Source of the DNA: Eledone cirrhosa
Taxonomy: Eukaryota
DNA length: 64,000 nt
Direction: 5' to 3'
Assembly (NCBI GenBank): GCA_964016885.1
Contig: OZ024741.1
Location: forward strand, 405,542,001 to 405,606,000
The notes below the pieces were generated by a model that was given only the letters and a program-made list of their open reading frames with translations, had not been told where the DNA came from and searched no databases. This document shows positions 45,001-57,863 of this stretch, piece by piece (the first letter of the stretch is position 1; each line of letters begins with the position of its first letter). Made by a program: the position numbers and the translations under genes.

Positions 45001-48000
45001 ACATTACGTTAGCTACGTTACAGTAGGTACATTAGGTTATATACATTACAGTAGGTACATTACAATAGCTACATTACAATAGGTACATTACAGTAGGTAC
45101 ATTACAATAGATATTTTACAGTAGGGTACATTAGGTTAGGTACATTACAGTAGGGTACATTAGGTTAGGGACATTAGTGTAGGTACATTAGCTAAGGTAC
45201 ATTACAGTAGGTACATTACGGTAGGTACATTACAGTAGGGTACATTAGGTTAGGTACATTAGGGTAGGTGCATTACAATAGGTACATTACAGTAGGTACA
45301 TTACAGTAGGTACATTACAGTAGGGTACATTACAGTAGGTACATTACATTAGGTACATTACAATAGGTACATTACAGTAGGGTACATTAGGTTAGGTACA
45401 TTACAGTAGGTACATTACAGTAGGTACATTGGGTTAGGTACATTACACTGGGTACATTAGGTTAGGTACATCACAGTAGGGTACATTACAGTATGGTACA
45501 TTAGGTTAGGTACATTACAGTAGGTACATTAGGTTAGGTACATAATAGTAGGGTACATTAGGTTAGATACATTACAGTAGGTACAATACAGTAGGTACAT
45601 AACATTAGGTACGTTAGATTAGGTACATTAGAGTAGGTACATTAGGTTAGGTACATTACAGTAGGGTGCATTAGGTTAGGTACATTAGGTTAGGTATATT
45701 ACAGTAGGGTACATTACAGTAGGTACATTACAGTAGGGTACATTAGAGTAGGTACATTAGGTTAGGTACATTACAGTAGGTACATTAGGTTAGGTACATT
45801 ACAGTAGGGTGCATTACAGTAGGGTGCATTACAGTAGGTTCATTAAAGCTGTTACATTAGGTTAGGTACATTACAGAAGGTACATTAGGTTAGGTACATT
45901 ACAGTAAGGTACATTAGCTTAGTTACGTTACAGTAGGTACATTACAGTAAGTTCATTGCAGTAGGTTATATTACAGTAGGGTACATTGGGTTAGGTACAT
46001 TACAGTAGGTACATTAGGTTAGGTACATTACAGTAGCTACATTACACTAGGTTCATAAGGTTAGATACATTACAGTAGGTACATTACAGTATTTCCATTA
46101 CAGTAGGTACGTTAGTTTAGGTACATTACAGTAGGTACATTAGGTTAGGTACATTACAGTAGGTACATTACGTTAGGTACATTACTGTAGGTACATAACA
46201 GTATGTACATTACAGTAGGTACATTAGGTTAGGTACATTACAGTAGGGTATATTAGGTTAGGTACTTTACAGTAGGTACATTAGGTTAGGTACATTACTG
46301 TAGGTACATTAGGGTAGGTACATTACAGTAGGTACATTAGGTTAGGTACATTACAGTAGGTACATCACAGTAGGTACATTACAGTAAGTTCATTGCAGTA
46401 GGGTATATTACAGTAGGGTACATTAGGTTAGGTACATTACAGTAGGTACATTAGGTTAGATACATTACAGTAGGTACATTACAGTATGTACATTACAGTA
46501 GGTACATTAGGTTAGGTACATTACAGTAGATACATTATAGTAGGGTACATTGGTTTAGGTACATTACAGTAGGGACATTACAGTAGGTACATTAGGTTAT
46601 GTACGTTACATTAGGTACATTACAATAGGTACATTAGGTTAGGTACGTTACAGTAGGGTACATTACAGTAGGTACATTACAGTAGGTACATTACAGTTGA
46701 TACATTACAGTAGGGTACATTAGGATAGGTACATTACAGTAGGTACATTATAGTAGGTACATTAGGTTAGGTACATTACACTAGGTACATTAGGTTAGGT
46801 ACATTGCAGTATGTGCATTATGTTAGGTACATTATAGTAGGTACATTAGGTTGGATACATTAGCTTAGGTACATTACAGTAGGTACATTACAGAAGGGTA
46901 CATTAGATTAGGTACATTATAGTAGGCAAATTACAGTAGGGTACATTACACTAGGTACATTTCAGTAGGTACATTAAAGTAGGGTACATTAGCTTAGGTA
47001 CATTATAGTAGGTACATTACAGTAGGGTACAATACACTAGGTACATAACAGTAGGTAATTAGGTTAGGTACATTACAGTAGGTACATTACAGTAGGTGCC
47101 TTACAGTACGGTACATTAGGTTAGGTACATTACAGAGGTACATTAGGTTAGGTACATTACAGCAGGTACCTCACAGTAAGTACATTAGGTTAGGTACATT
47201 ACACTAGGGTACATTACAGTAGGTACATTACAGTAGGTAGATTACAGTAGGGTACATTACAGTAGGTACATTATGTTAGGTACATCACAGTAGGTACATT
47301 ACTGTAGGGTATATTAGCTTATGTACATTACAGTAGGTACATAACAGTAGGGTACATTAGATTAGGTACATTATAGTAGGCAAATTACTGTAGGGTACAT
47401 TACACTTGGTACATTTCAGTAGGTACATTAAAGTAGGGTACATTAGCTTAGGTACATTATAGTAGGTACATTACAGTAGGGTACAATACACTAGGTGCAT
47501 AACAGTAGGTAATTAGGTTAGGTACATTACAGTAGGTACATTACAGTAGGGTACGTTACAGTAGGTGCCTTACAGTACGGTACATTAGGTTAGGTACTTT
47601 ACAGAGGTACATTACAGTAGGAACATTACAGTAGGTACATTAGGTTAGGTACATTACAGAAGGTACCTCACAGTAAGTACATTAGGTTAGGTACATTACA
47701 CTAGGGTACATTACAGTAGGTACATTACAGTAGGTAGATTACAGTAGGGTACATTACAGTAGGTACATTATGTTAGGTACATCACAGTAGGAACATTACT
47801 GTAGGGTACATTATAGTATGTACATTACAGTAGGTAATTAGGTTAGGTACATCACAGTAGGTACATTACAGTAGGTACATTACAGTAGGTATATTACAGT
47901 AGGTACATTAGGTTAGGTACATTACAGTAGGTACATTAGGTTAGATACATTACAGTAGGTACATTACAGTAGGTACATTAGGTTAGGTACATTACAATAG

Positions 48001-51000
48001 GTACATTACAGTATGTACCTTACAGTAGGTACATTAGGTTAGGTACATTACAGTAGGTACATTAGGTTAGGTACTTTACAGTAGGTACATTAGGTTAGGT
48101 TCATTACAGTAGGTACATACATTACAGTAGGTATATTAAGTTAGGTACATTATAGTAGGTATATATTACAGTAGGTACATTACAGTAGATACATTATAGT
48201 AGGGTACATTGGTTTAGGTAGATTACAGTAGGGACATTACAGTAGATACATTATAGTAGGGTAGATTAAGGTAGGTACATTACTGTATGTACATTACAAT
48301 AGGTACATTACAGTAGGGTGCATTACAGTAGGTACATTAGGTTAGGTACGTTACAGTAGGTACATTACAATAGGTACATTAGGTTAGGTACGTTACAGTA
48401 GGGTACATTACAGTAGGTACATTACAGTAGGTACATTACAGTTGATACATTACAGTAGGGTACATTAGGTTAGGTACATTACAGTATGTACATTACAGTA
48501 GGTACATTAGGTTAGGTACATTACACTAGGTACATTAGGTTAGGTACATTGCATTATGTGCATCATGTTAGGTACATTACAGTAGGTACATTAGGTTAGA
48601 TACATTAGCTTAGGTACATCACAGTAGGTACATTACAGTAGGTACATTACTGTAGGGTATATTAGCTTATGTACATTACAGTAGGTACATTACAGTAGGG
48701 TACTTTAGCTTAGGTACATTATAGTAGGTACATTACAGTAGAGTACATTACAATAGGTACATTTCAGTAGGTACGTTATAGTAGGGTACATTAGCTTAGG
48801 TACATTATAGTAGGTACATTACAGTAGGGTACAATACACTAGGTACATAACAGTAGGTAATTAGATTAGGTTATTTTACAGTGGGTACATTACAGTATGG
48901 TACGTTACAGTAGGTACATTAGGTTAGGTACATTACAGAGGTACATTACAGTAGGTACATTACAGTAGGTACATTACAGTAGGTACATTAGGTTAGGTAC
49001 ATTACAGCAGGTACCTCACAGTAAGTACATTAGGTTAGGTACATTAGGTTAGGTACATTAGGTTAGGTACATTACAGTAGGGTACATTACATTAGGGTAC
49101 ATTACAGTAGGTACGTTACAGTAGGTACATTATGTTAGGTGCATCACAGTAGGAACATTACTGTAGGGTACATTATAGTAGGTACCTTACAGTAGGTAAT
49201 TAGGTTAGGTACATCACAGTAGGTACATTACAGTAGGGTACATTACAATAGGTACATTTCAGTAGGGTACATTACAGTAGGTACATTACAGTAGGTACAT
49301 TACAGTAGGTATATTACGGTAGGTACATTAGATTAGGTACATTACAGTAGGAACATTACAGTAGGGTACATTATAGTAGGTACATTAAGTAGGTAATTAG
49401 GTTAGGTACATTACAGTAGGTACATTACAATAGGGTACATTACAGTAGGTTCATTACAGCAGGTACATTTGGTTAGGTACATTACAGTAGGTACATTAGG
49501 TTAGGTACATTACAGTAGGGTACATTAGGTTAGGTACATTACAGTAGGTAAATTAGTTTAGGTACATTACGTTAGGTACATTACAGTAGGTACATTACAG
49601 TAGGTACATTACAGTAGGTACATTACAGTAGGTACATTACAGTAAGTTCATTGCAGTAGGTTATATTACAGTAGGGTACATTAGGTTAGGTACATTACAG
49701 TAGGTACATCAGGTTAGGTACATTATAGTAGGTATAGATTACAGTAGGTACATTATAGTAGATACATTATAATAGGGTACATTCGGTTAGGTACATTACA
49801 GTAGGTACATTACAGTAGATACATTATATCAGGGTACATTAGGTTAGGTACATTACAGTAGGTACATTATGTTAGGTATATTACAGTAGGTACATTACAT
49901 AGGGTACATTATGTTAGGTACATTACAGTAGGTACATTACAATAGGTACATTACAGTAGGGTGCATTACAGTAGGTACATTATAGTAGAAACAGTATAGT
50001 AGGGTACATTAGGTTAGGTACATTACAGTAGGTACATTACAGTAGGTACATTACAGTAGGGTAGATTACAGTAGGTACATTACGTTAGCTACGTTACAGT
50101 AGGTACATTACAGTAGGAACATTAGCTTATGTACCTTACAGTAGGTACATTACAATAGGTACATTACAATAGTTACATTACAGTAGGTACATTACAATAG
50201 ATATTTTACTGTAGGGTACATTAGGCTAGGTACATTACAGTAGGTACATTACGGTAGGTACATTACAGGAGGGTACATTAGGTTAGGTACATTAGGGTAG
50301 GTGCATTACAATAGGTACATTACAGTAGGTACATTACGTTAGGTACATTACAGTAGGTACATTACAGTAGGGTACATTACAATAGGTATATTACAGTAAG
50401 GTACATTACAGTATGGAACATTAGGTTAGGTACATTACAGTAGGTACATTACAGTAGGGTACATTATATTAGCTACATTAGATTAGGTACATTACAGTAG
50501 GTCCTGTAGATTAGATATATTACAGTAGGTGCATTACAGTAGGTACATTACAGTAGGTACATTAGGTTAGGTACATTACATAGCTACATTACAGTAGGTA
50601 CATTACAGTAGGTACATTACAGTAGGTACATTAGGTTAGGTACATTACAGTCGGGTACATTAGGTTAGGTACATGACAGTACGTACATTATAGTAGGTAT
50701 ACATTACAGTAGGTACATTATAGTAGATACATTATAGTATGGTACATTCAGTTAGGTACATTACAGTAGGGTTCATTACAGTCGATACATTATAGTAGGG
50801 TACATTAGGTTAGGTACATTACAGTAGGTACATTAGGTTAGGTACATTACTGTAGGGTACATTAGGTTAGGTATATTACAGTAGGTACATTAGGTTAGGT
50901 ACATTAGAGTAGGAACATTACAGTAGGGTACATTATAGTAGGTACATTACAATAGGTAATTAGGTTACGTACATTACAGTAGGTACATTACAGTAGGTAC

Positions 51001-54000
51001 ATTACAGTAGGTAAATTAGGTTAGGTACATTAGGTTAGCTATATTACAGTTTGTACATTACAGTAGGTACATTACATTAAGTTTATTGCAGTAGGGTATA
51101 TTACAGTAGGGTACATTAGGTTAGGTACATTACAGTAGGTACATTAGGTTAGGTACATTATAGTGGGTATACATTACACTAGGTACATTATAGTAGATAC
51201 ATTATAGTATGTTATATTTGGTTAGGTACATTACAGTAGGTACATTACAGTAGATACATTATAGTAGGGTACTTTAGTTTAGGTATATTACAGTGGGTAC
51301 ATTAGGTTAGGTACATTACAGTAGGGTACATTAGGTTAGGTACATTACAGTAGGTACATTACAGTAGGTACATTAGGTTAGGTACATTAGGTTAGGTACA
51401 TTAGCTTAGGTACATTACTGTAGGGAAATTACAGTAGGTACATTACATTAGGTACATTAGATTAGGTACATTACAGTAGGTATATTACAGTAGGTACGTT
51501 AGGTTAGGTACATTACAGTAGGAACATTACAGTAGGGTACATTATAGTAGGTACATTAAGTATGTAATTAGGTTAGGTACATTACAATAGGGTACATTAC
51601 AGTAGGTTCATTACAGCAGGTACATTAGGTTAGGTACATTAGAGTAGGTACATTAGGTTAGGTACATTACAGTAGGGTACATTAGGTTAGGTACATTATA
51701 GTCGGTATACATTACAGTAGGTACATTATAGTAGACACATTATAATAGGGTACATTCGGTTAGGTACATTACAGTAGGTAAATTAGTTTAGGTACATTAC
51801 ATTAGGTACATTACAGTAGGTACATTACAGTAAGTTCATTGCAGTAGGGTATATTACAGTAGGGTACATTAGGTTAGGTACATTACAGTAGGTACATCAG
51901 GTTAGGTACATTATAGTAGGTATACATTACAGTAGGTACATTATAGTAGACACATTATAATAGGGTAAATTCGGTTAGGTACATTACAGTAGGTACATTA
52001 CAGTAGATACATTATAGTAGGGTACATTAGGACAGGTACATAACAGTAGGTACATTATGTTAGCTTTATTACAGTAGGGTACATTATGTTAGGTACATTA
52101 CAGTAGGTACATTACAATAGGTACATTACAGTAGGGTGCATTACAGTAGGTACATTATAGTAGATACATTATAGTAGGGTACATTAGGTTAGGTACACTA
52201 CAGTAGGTACGTTACAGTAGGGTACATTACAGTAGGGTACATTACAGTAGGTACATTACGTTAGCTACGTTACAGTAGGTACATTACAGTAGGTACATTA
52301 GGTTATGTACGTTACAGTAGGTACATTACAATAGGTACATTACAATAGGTACATTACAGTAGGTACATTACAATAGATATTTTACAGTAGGGTACATTAG
52401 GTTAGGTACATTACAGTAGGGTACATTAGGTTAGGTACATTAGTGTAGCTACATTAGCTTAGGTACATTACAGTAGGTACATTACGGTATGTACATTACA
52501 GGAGGGTACATTAGGTTAGGTACATTAGGTTAGGTGCATTACAATAGGTACATTACAGTAGGTACATTACAGTAGGTACATTAGAGTAGGGTACATTATA
52601 ACAGGTATATTACAGTAGGGTACATTACAGTATGGTACATTAGGTTAAGTACATTGCAGTAGGTACATTACAGTAGGGTACATTAGGTTAGATACATTAG
52701 CTTAGGTACATTACATCAGGTACATTTGGTTAGGTACATTACAGTAGGTACATTACATTAGGGTACATTATATTAGGTACATTAGATTAGGTACATTACA
52801 GTAGGTCCAGTAGATTAGATATATTACAGTAGGTGCATTACTGTAGGGTATATTAGCTTAGGTACATTACAGTAGGTACATTACAGTAAGTACATTACAG
52901 TATGTACATTATATTAGGTACATTAGATTAGGTACATTACTGCAGGTACATTAGGTTAGGTACATTACACTAGGTATATTACAGTAGGTACATTACAGTA
53001 GGGTACATTACACTAGGTACATTACATTAGCGAACACTACAGTAGATACATTCGGTTAGGTACATTACAGTAGGAACATTACAGTAGGTACATTATAGTA
53101 GATACATTACAGTAGATACATTACAGTAGGTGCATTACAGTAGGAACATTACAGTAGGTACATTTCAGTAGGTGCATTAGTTTAGGTACATTACAGTAGG
53201 TACATTACGGTAGGGTACATTACAGTAGGTACATTATAGTAGTTACATTACAATAGATACATTACAGTAGGTGCATTACAGTAGGTACATTACAGTAGGT
53301 ACATTACAGTAGATACATTAGGTTAGGTATATTACAGTAGGTACATTACGTTAGGGTACATTACAGTAGGTACATTGCAGAGGGTACATCAGGTTAGGTA
53401 CATTTGGTCAGGTACATTAGTTTAGGTACATTACAGTAGGTACATTAGGTTAGGTACATTACAGTAGGTACTTTACAGTAGGTACGTTAGGTTAGGTACA
53501 TTACAGTAGGTACATTACAGTAGGTACATTACAGTAAGTTCATTACAGTAGCGTACATTACATTAGGTTAGGTACATTACAGAAGGTACATTAGTTTAGG
53601 TACATTACAGTATGTACATTACAGTAGGTACATTAGGTTAGGTACATTACAGTAGGTACATTACAGTAGGTACATTACAGTAGGGTACATTACAATAGGT
53701 ATATTACAGTAGGGTATATTACAGTATGGTACATTAGGTTAGGTACATTACAGTAGGTACATTAGGTTAGGTACATTACAGGAGGGTACATTAGGCTAGA
53801 TACATTAACTTAGGTACATTACAGCAGGTACATTACGTTAGGTACATTACAGTAGGTACATTACAGTAGGTACATTACATTAGGTACATTAGATTAGGTA
53901 CATTACAGTAGGTCCATAAGAGTAGGGTACATTACAGTAGGTTCATTACAGTAGGTACATTACATTAGGTACATTAGGTTAGGTACATTATAGTAGGTAT

Positions 54001-56095
54001 ATTACAGTAGGGTACATTACACTGGGTACATTACAGTAGGGTACATTAGCTTTGGTACATTATAGTAGGGTATATTACAGTAGGGTACATTAGGTTAGGT
54101 ACATTACAGTAGGTACATTAGGTTAGGTACATTATAGTAGGTACATTACAGTAGGTACATTACATTAGGTACATTATGTTAGGTACATTATAGTAGGTAT
54201 ATTACAGTAGGGTACATTACACTGGGTACATTACAGTAGGGTACATTAGCTTTGGTACATTATAGTAGGGTATATTACAGTAGGGTACATTAGGTTAGGT
54301 ACATTATAGTAGGTATACATTACAGTAGGTACATTATAGAAAATACATCATTGTATGGTACATTACAGTATGGTACATTACAGTATGGTACATTACAGTA
54401 GGTACATTACAGTAGATACATTATAGTAGGGCACTTTAGGTTAGGTACATTAGAGTAGGTACATTAGGTTAGGTACATTACAGTAGGTACATTACAGTAG
54501 GGTACATTATGTTAGGTACATTACAGTAGGTACATTACAATAGGTACATTACAGTAGGGTGCATTACAGTCGGTACATTATAGTAGATACATTATAGTAG
54601 GGTATATTAGGTTAGGTACATTACAGTAGGTACATTACAGTAGGTACATTACAGTAGGGTACATTACAGTAGGTACATTAGGTTAGGTACGTTACAGTAG
54701 GTACATTACAGTAGGTACATTAGGTTATGTACGTTACAGTAGGTACATTACAATAGGTACATTACAATAGGTACATTACAATAGGTACATTACAATAGGT
54801 ACATTACAGTAGGTACATTAATGTTGGTACATTAGGTTAGGTATGTTACAGTAGGTACATTACAATAGGTACATTACAGTAGGTACATTACATTAGGTAC
54901 ATTAATTTAGGTACGTTACAGTAGGGTACATTACTGTAGGGTACATTACAGTAGGTACATTACAATAGGTAAATTAGGTTAGGTACGTTACAGTAGGGTA
55001 CATTACAGTAGGTACATTACAGTCGGTACATTACAGTAGGTACATTACAGTAGGTACATTACAGTAGGGTACATTACAGTAGGTACATTACAGTAGGTAC
55101 ATTACAGTAGGGTACATTAGGTTAGGTATATTACAGTAGGTACTTTACAGTAGGTACATTAGGTTAGGTATATTACACTAGGTACATTAGGTTAGGTACA
55201 TTACAGTAGGTATATTACAGTATGGTACATTAGGTTAGGTACATTAGGTTAGGTACATTACAGTAGGTACATTAGGTTAGGTACATTACAGTAGCGTACA
55301 TTAGGTTAGTTACATTAGCTTAGGTACATTACAGTAGGTACATTACTGTAGGTACATTAGAGTAGGTACATCACATTAGGTAGATTAGATTAGGTACATT
55401 ACAGTAGGTACATTACCGTAGGGTACATTAGCTTAGGTACATCAGCTTAGGTAAATTATAGTAGGTACATTACAGTAGGGTATATTACACTAGGTACATT
55501 ACAGTAGGTTACATTAGCTTAGGTACATTATAGTTGGGACATTACAGTAGGGTACATTACAGTAGGTACATTATAGTAGGTACATTACAGTAGGTACATT
55601 ACACTAGGCACATTACAGTTGGATAATTAGGTTAGGTATGTTACAGTAGGTACATTACAGTAGGGTACATTACAGTAGGTACATTACAGCAGGTACATTA
55701 GGTTAGGTACATTACAGTAGGTACATTACAGTAGGGTACATTACAGTAGGTACATTACAGTAGGTACACTAGGGTAGGTACTTTACAGTAGGTAGATTAC
55801 AGTAGGGTACATTATAGTAGGTACATTACAGTAGGTAATTAGGTTAGGTACATTTCAGTAGGTACATTATAGTTAATACATTATAGTAGGGTACATTCGG
55901 TTAGGTACATTACAGTAGTTACATTAGGTTAGGTACATTACAGTAGGTACATTTCAGTAGGTACATTACAGTAGGTACATTACAGTAGGTACATTACAGT
56001 AGGTACATTACAGTAGGTACATTACAGTAGGTACATTACTGTAGGGTACATTACTGTAGGGTACATTACAGTAGGTACATTGCAGTAGGTACATT
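1..56095 (+). repeat. Satellite DNA array, 14/15-bp monomer (GGTACATTACAGTA / GGTACATTAGGTTA / GGGTACATTACAGTA); runs off the left edge of the window
   Basis: Continuous head-to-tail monomers in one orientation from base 1 to ...GTAGGTACATT at 56095. The six-frame track has no ORF here, and I saw no inserted non-satellite sequence. Confidence 0.98.
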
Positions 56096-56146
56096 TTCTA
56101 TTTTTAGCATTCTTTCATATCGTTTTACATACGACATCAATAAATA

Positions 56147-56263
56147 AATACATACACACACATACAAGTATACATACCTACATACCTACATACACACATA
56201 CATACATACATACATACATACATACATACATACATACATACATACATACATACATACATACAT
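56147..56263 (+). repeat. (TACA)n microsatellite, probably also the (TATG)n 3' tail of the adjacent RTE-derived element
   Basis: Direct reading; perfect CATA run at about 56198-56263 abutting the element 3' end. Confidence 0.93.
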
Positions 56264-56868
56264 GGTGGCTGCCAACTCGTTTTCGAGTACGGCTACTACT
56301 TTATATCCATGTAGGAGAACCCCTATCGATGCGCTGAACAAGTGTGACTTTTTAGTCTAGCCAGCGACTTGAAAACTCTGGTACAATCACTACACCTGTG
56401 ACAATTATTGACACATAGTGCTGGGCCCATGCTACCATGTGACGATAAGTGCAGAGAGATCTCTAGATATAAAGCAATGACTGTGCCGTGAAGCTTTTAT
56501 AGTGAGCAAAGGCACTGCACAAAGCCAGTCCCACTCCTTTAACCAAGATGATATTTACCAAAAGGAAGAACACGTCAACATCATTGGATACCATCAGGGT
56601 TTCAGGTGTTATATCAGAGTTTTCCTTCTCCTAGAATTCTGCCTTGACAAAGGCTAAGGGGTCATCTCTCCCGGTGATTTTGGATGGCCATTGACTCTTA
56701 AGAGCTCCTTTGCCCTTTGACAGGTTTTGTTTTTAGTTCTGCAGGATGTCCAAAGTCACCCTCCTCACCAAGAAACCTTGGTGGGGTTGCGAGTTTAGTC
56801 GCCAACGACCCGACCATGAGTCAGGTTGTACTGGGATACATGTTACCAGTAGCACCAACTGGTGACCT
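56262..56868 (-). mobile_element. Non-autonomous bipartite RTE-clade-derived retroelement (RTE 5' UTR joined to RTE 3' end)
   Basis: The minus strand carries CTAGGAGAAGGAAAACTCTGA (56614-56634), a motif I recognise from RTE 5' UTRs. It also has a terminal zinc-finger remnant CSDCTRVFKSLARLKSHTCSAHR* (56394-56323), a 3' hairpin ACTCG-AAAA-CGAGT (56275-56288) and a (TATG)n tail. No APE or RT coding sequence lies in between. Confidence 0.72.
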
Positions 56869-57258
56869 GACATACATACATACATACATACATACATACA
56901 TACATACATACATACAAACACATATACATACATACGTACATACATACATACAAACACACACATCTACATACATACATACAATACACACACACATGCATAC
57001 TTACACACATACATACATACATACATACACACACACATACATACATACATTCACACATACATAAATACAAACACACACACACATACATACATACATTCAC
57101 ATACATTCACATATGTACATACTCACACACAAGTATACATACATAAATACATACATACATACACATACATACAAACACACACACATACACACTCACACAC
57201 GCACACACATACATAATACATACATAAATACATACATACATACAACATAGATACATAC
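56869..57258 (+). repeat. Compound (TACA)n/(CA)n microsatellite
   Basis: Direct reading; it explains the YIHT and MYVC low-complexity ORFs in the track. Confidence 0.95.
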
Positions 57259-57379
57259 GTTTGATGTGACATTGCTTTAAAAGCGTTAGAACTTTTAGTG
57301 TTATTGGATGCAGAATCGTGGCAAATGTTTGTTTACAACTAAGGAAGGAAAGAAACTTCGTAATACCAAAAATATAAAT

Positions 57380-57840
<461 letters not shown>

Positions 57841-57863
<23 letters not shown>

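Noticed and set aside
1-56095. CRISPR array or functional telomere interpretation of the repeat
   Set aside because: No unique spacers or cas genes and a eukaryotic context; strand polarity and unit heterogeneity do not fit a left-end telomere.
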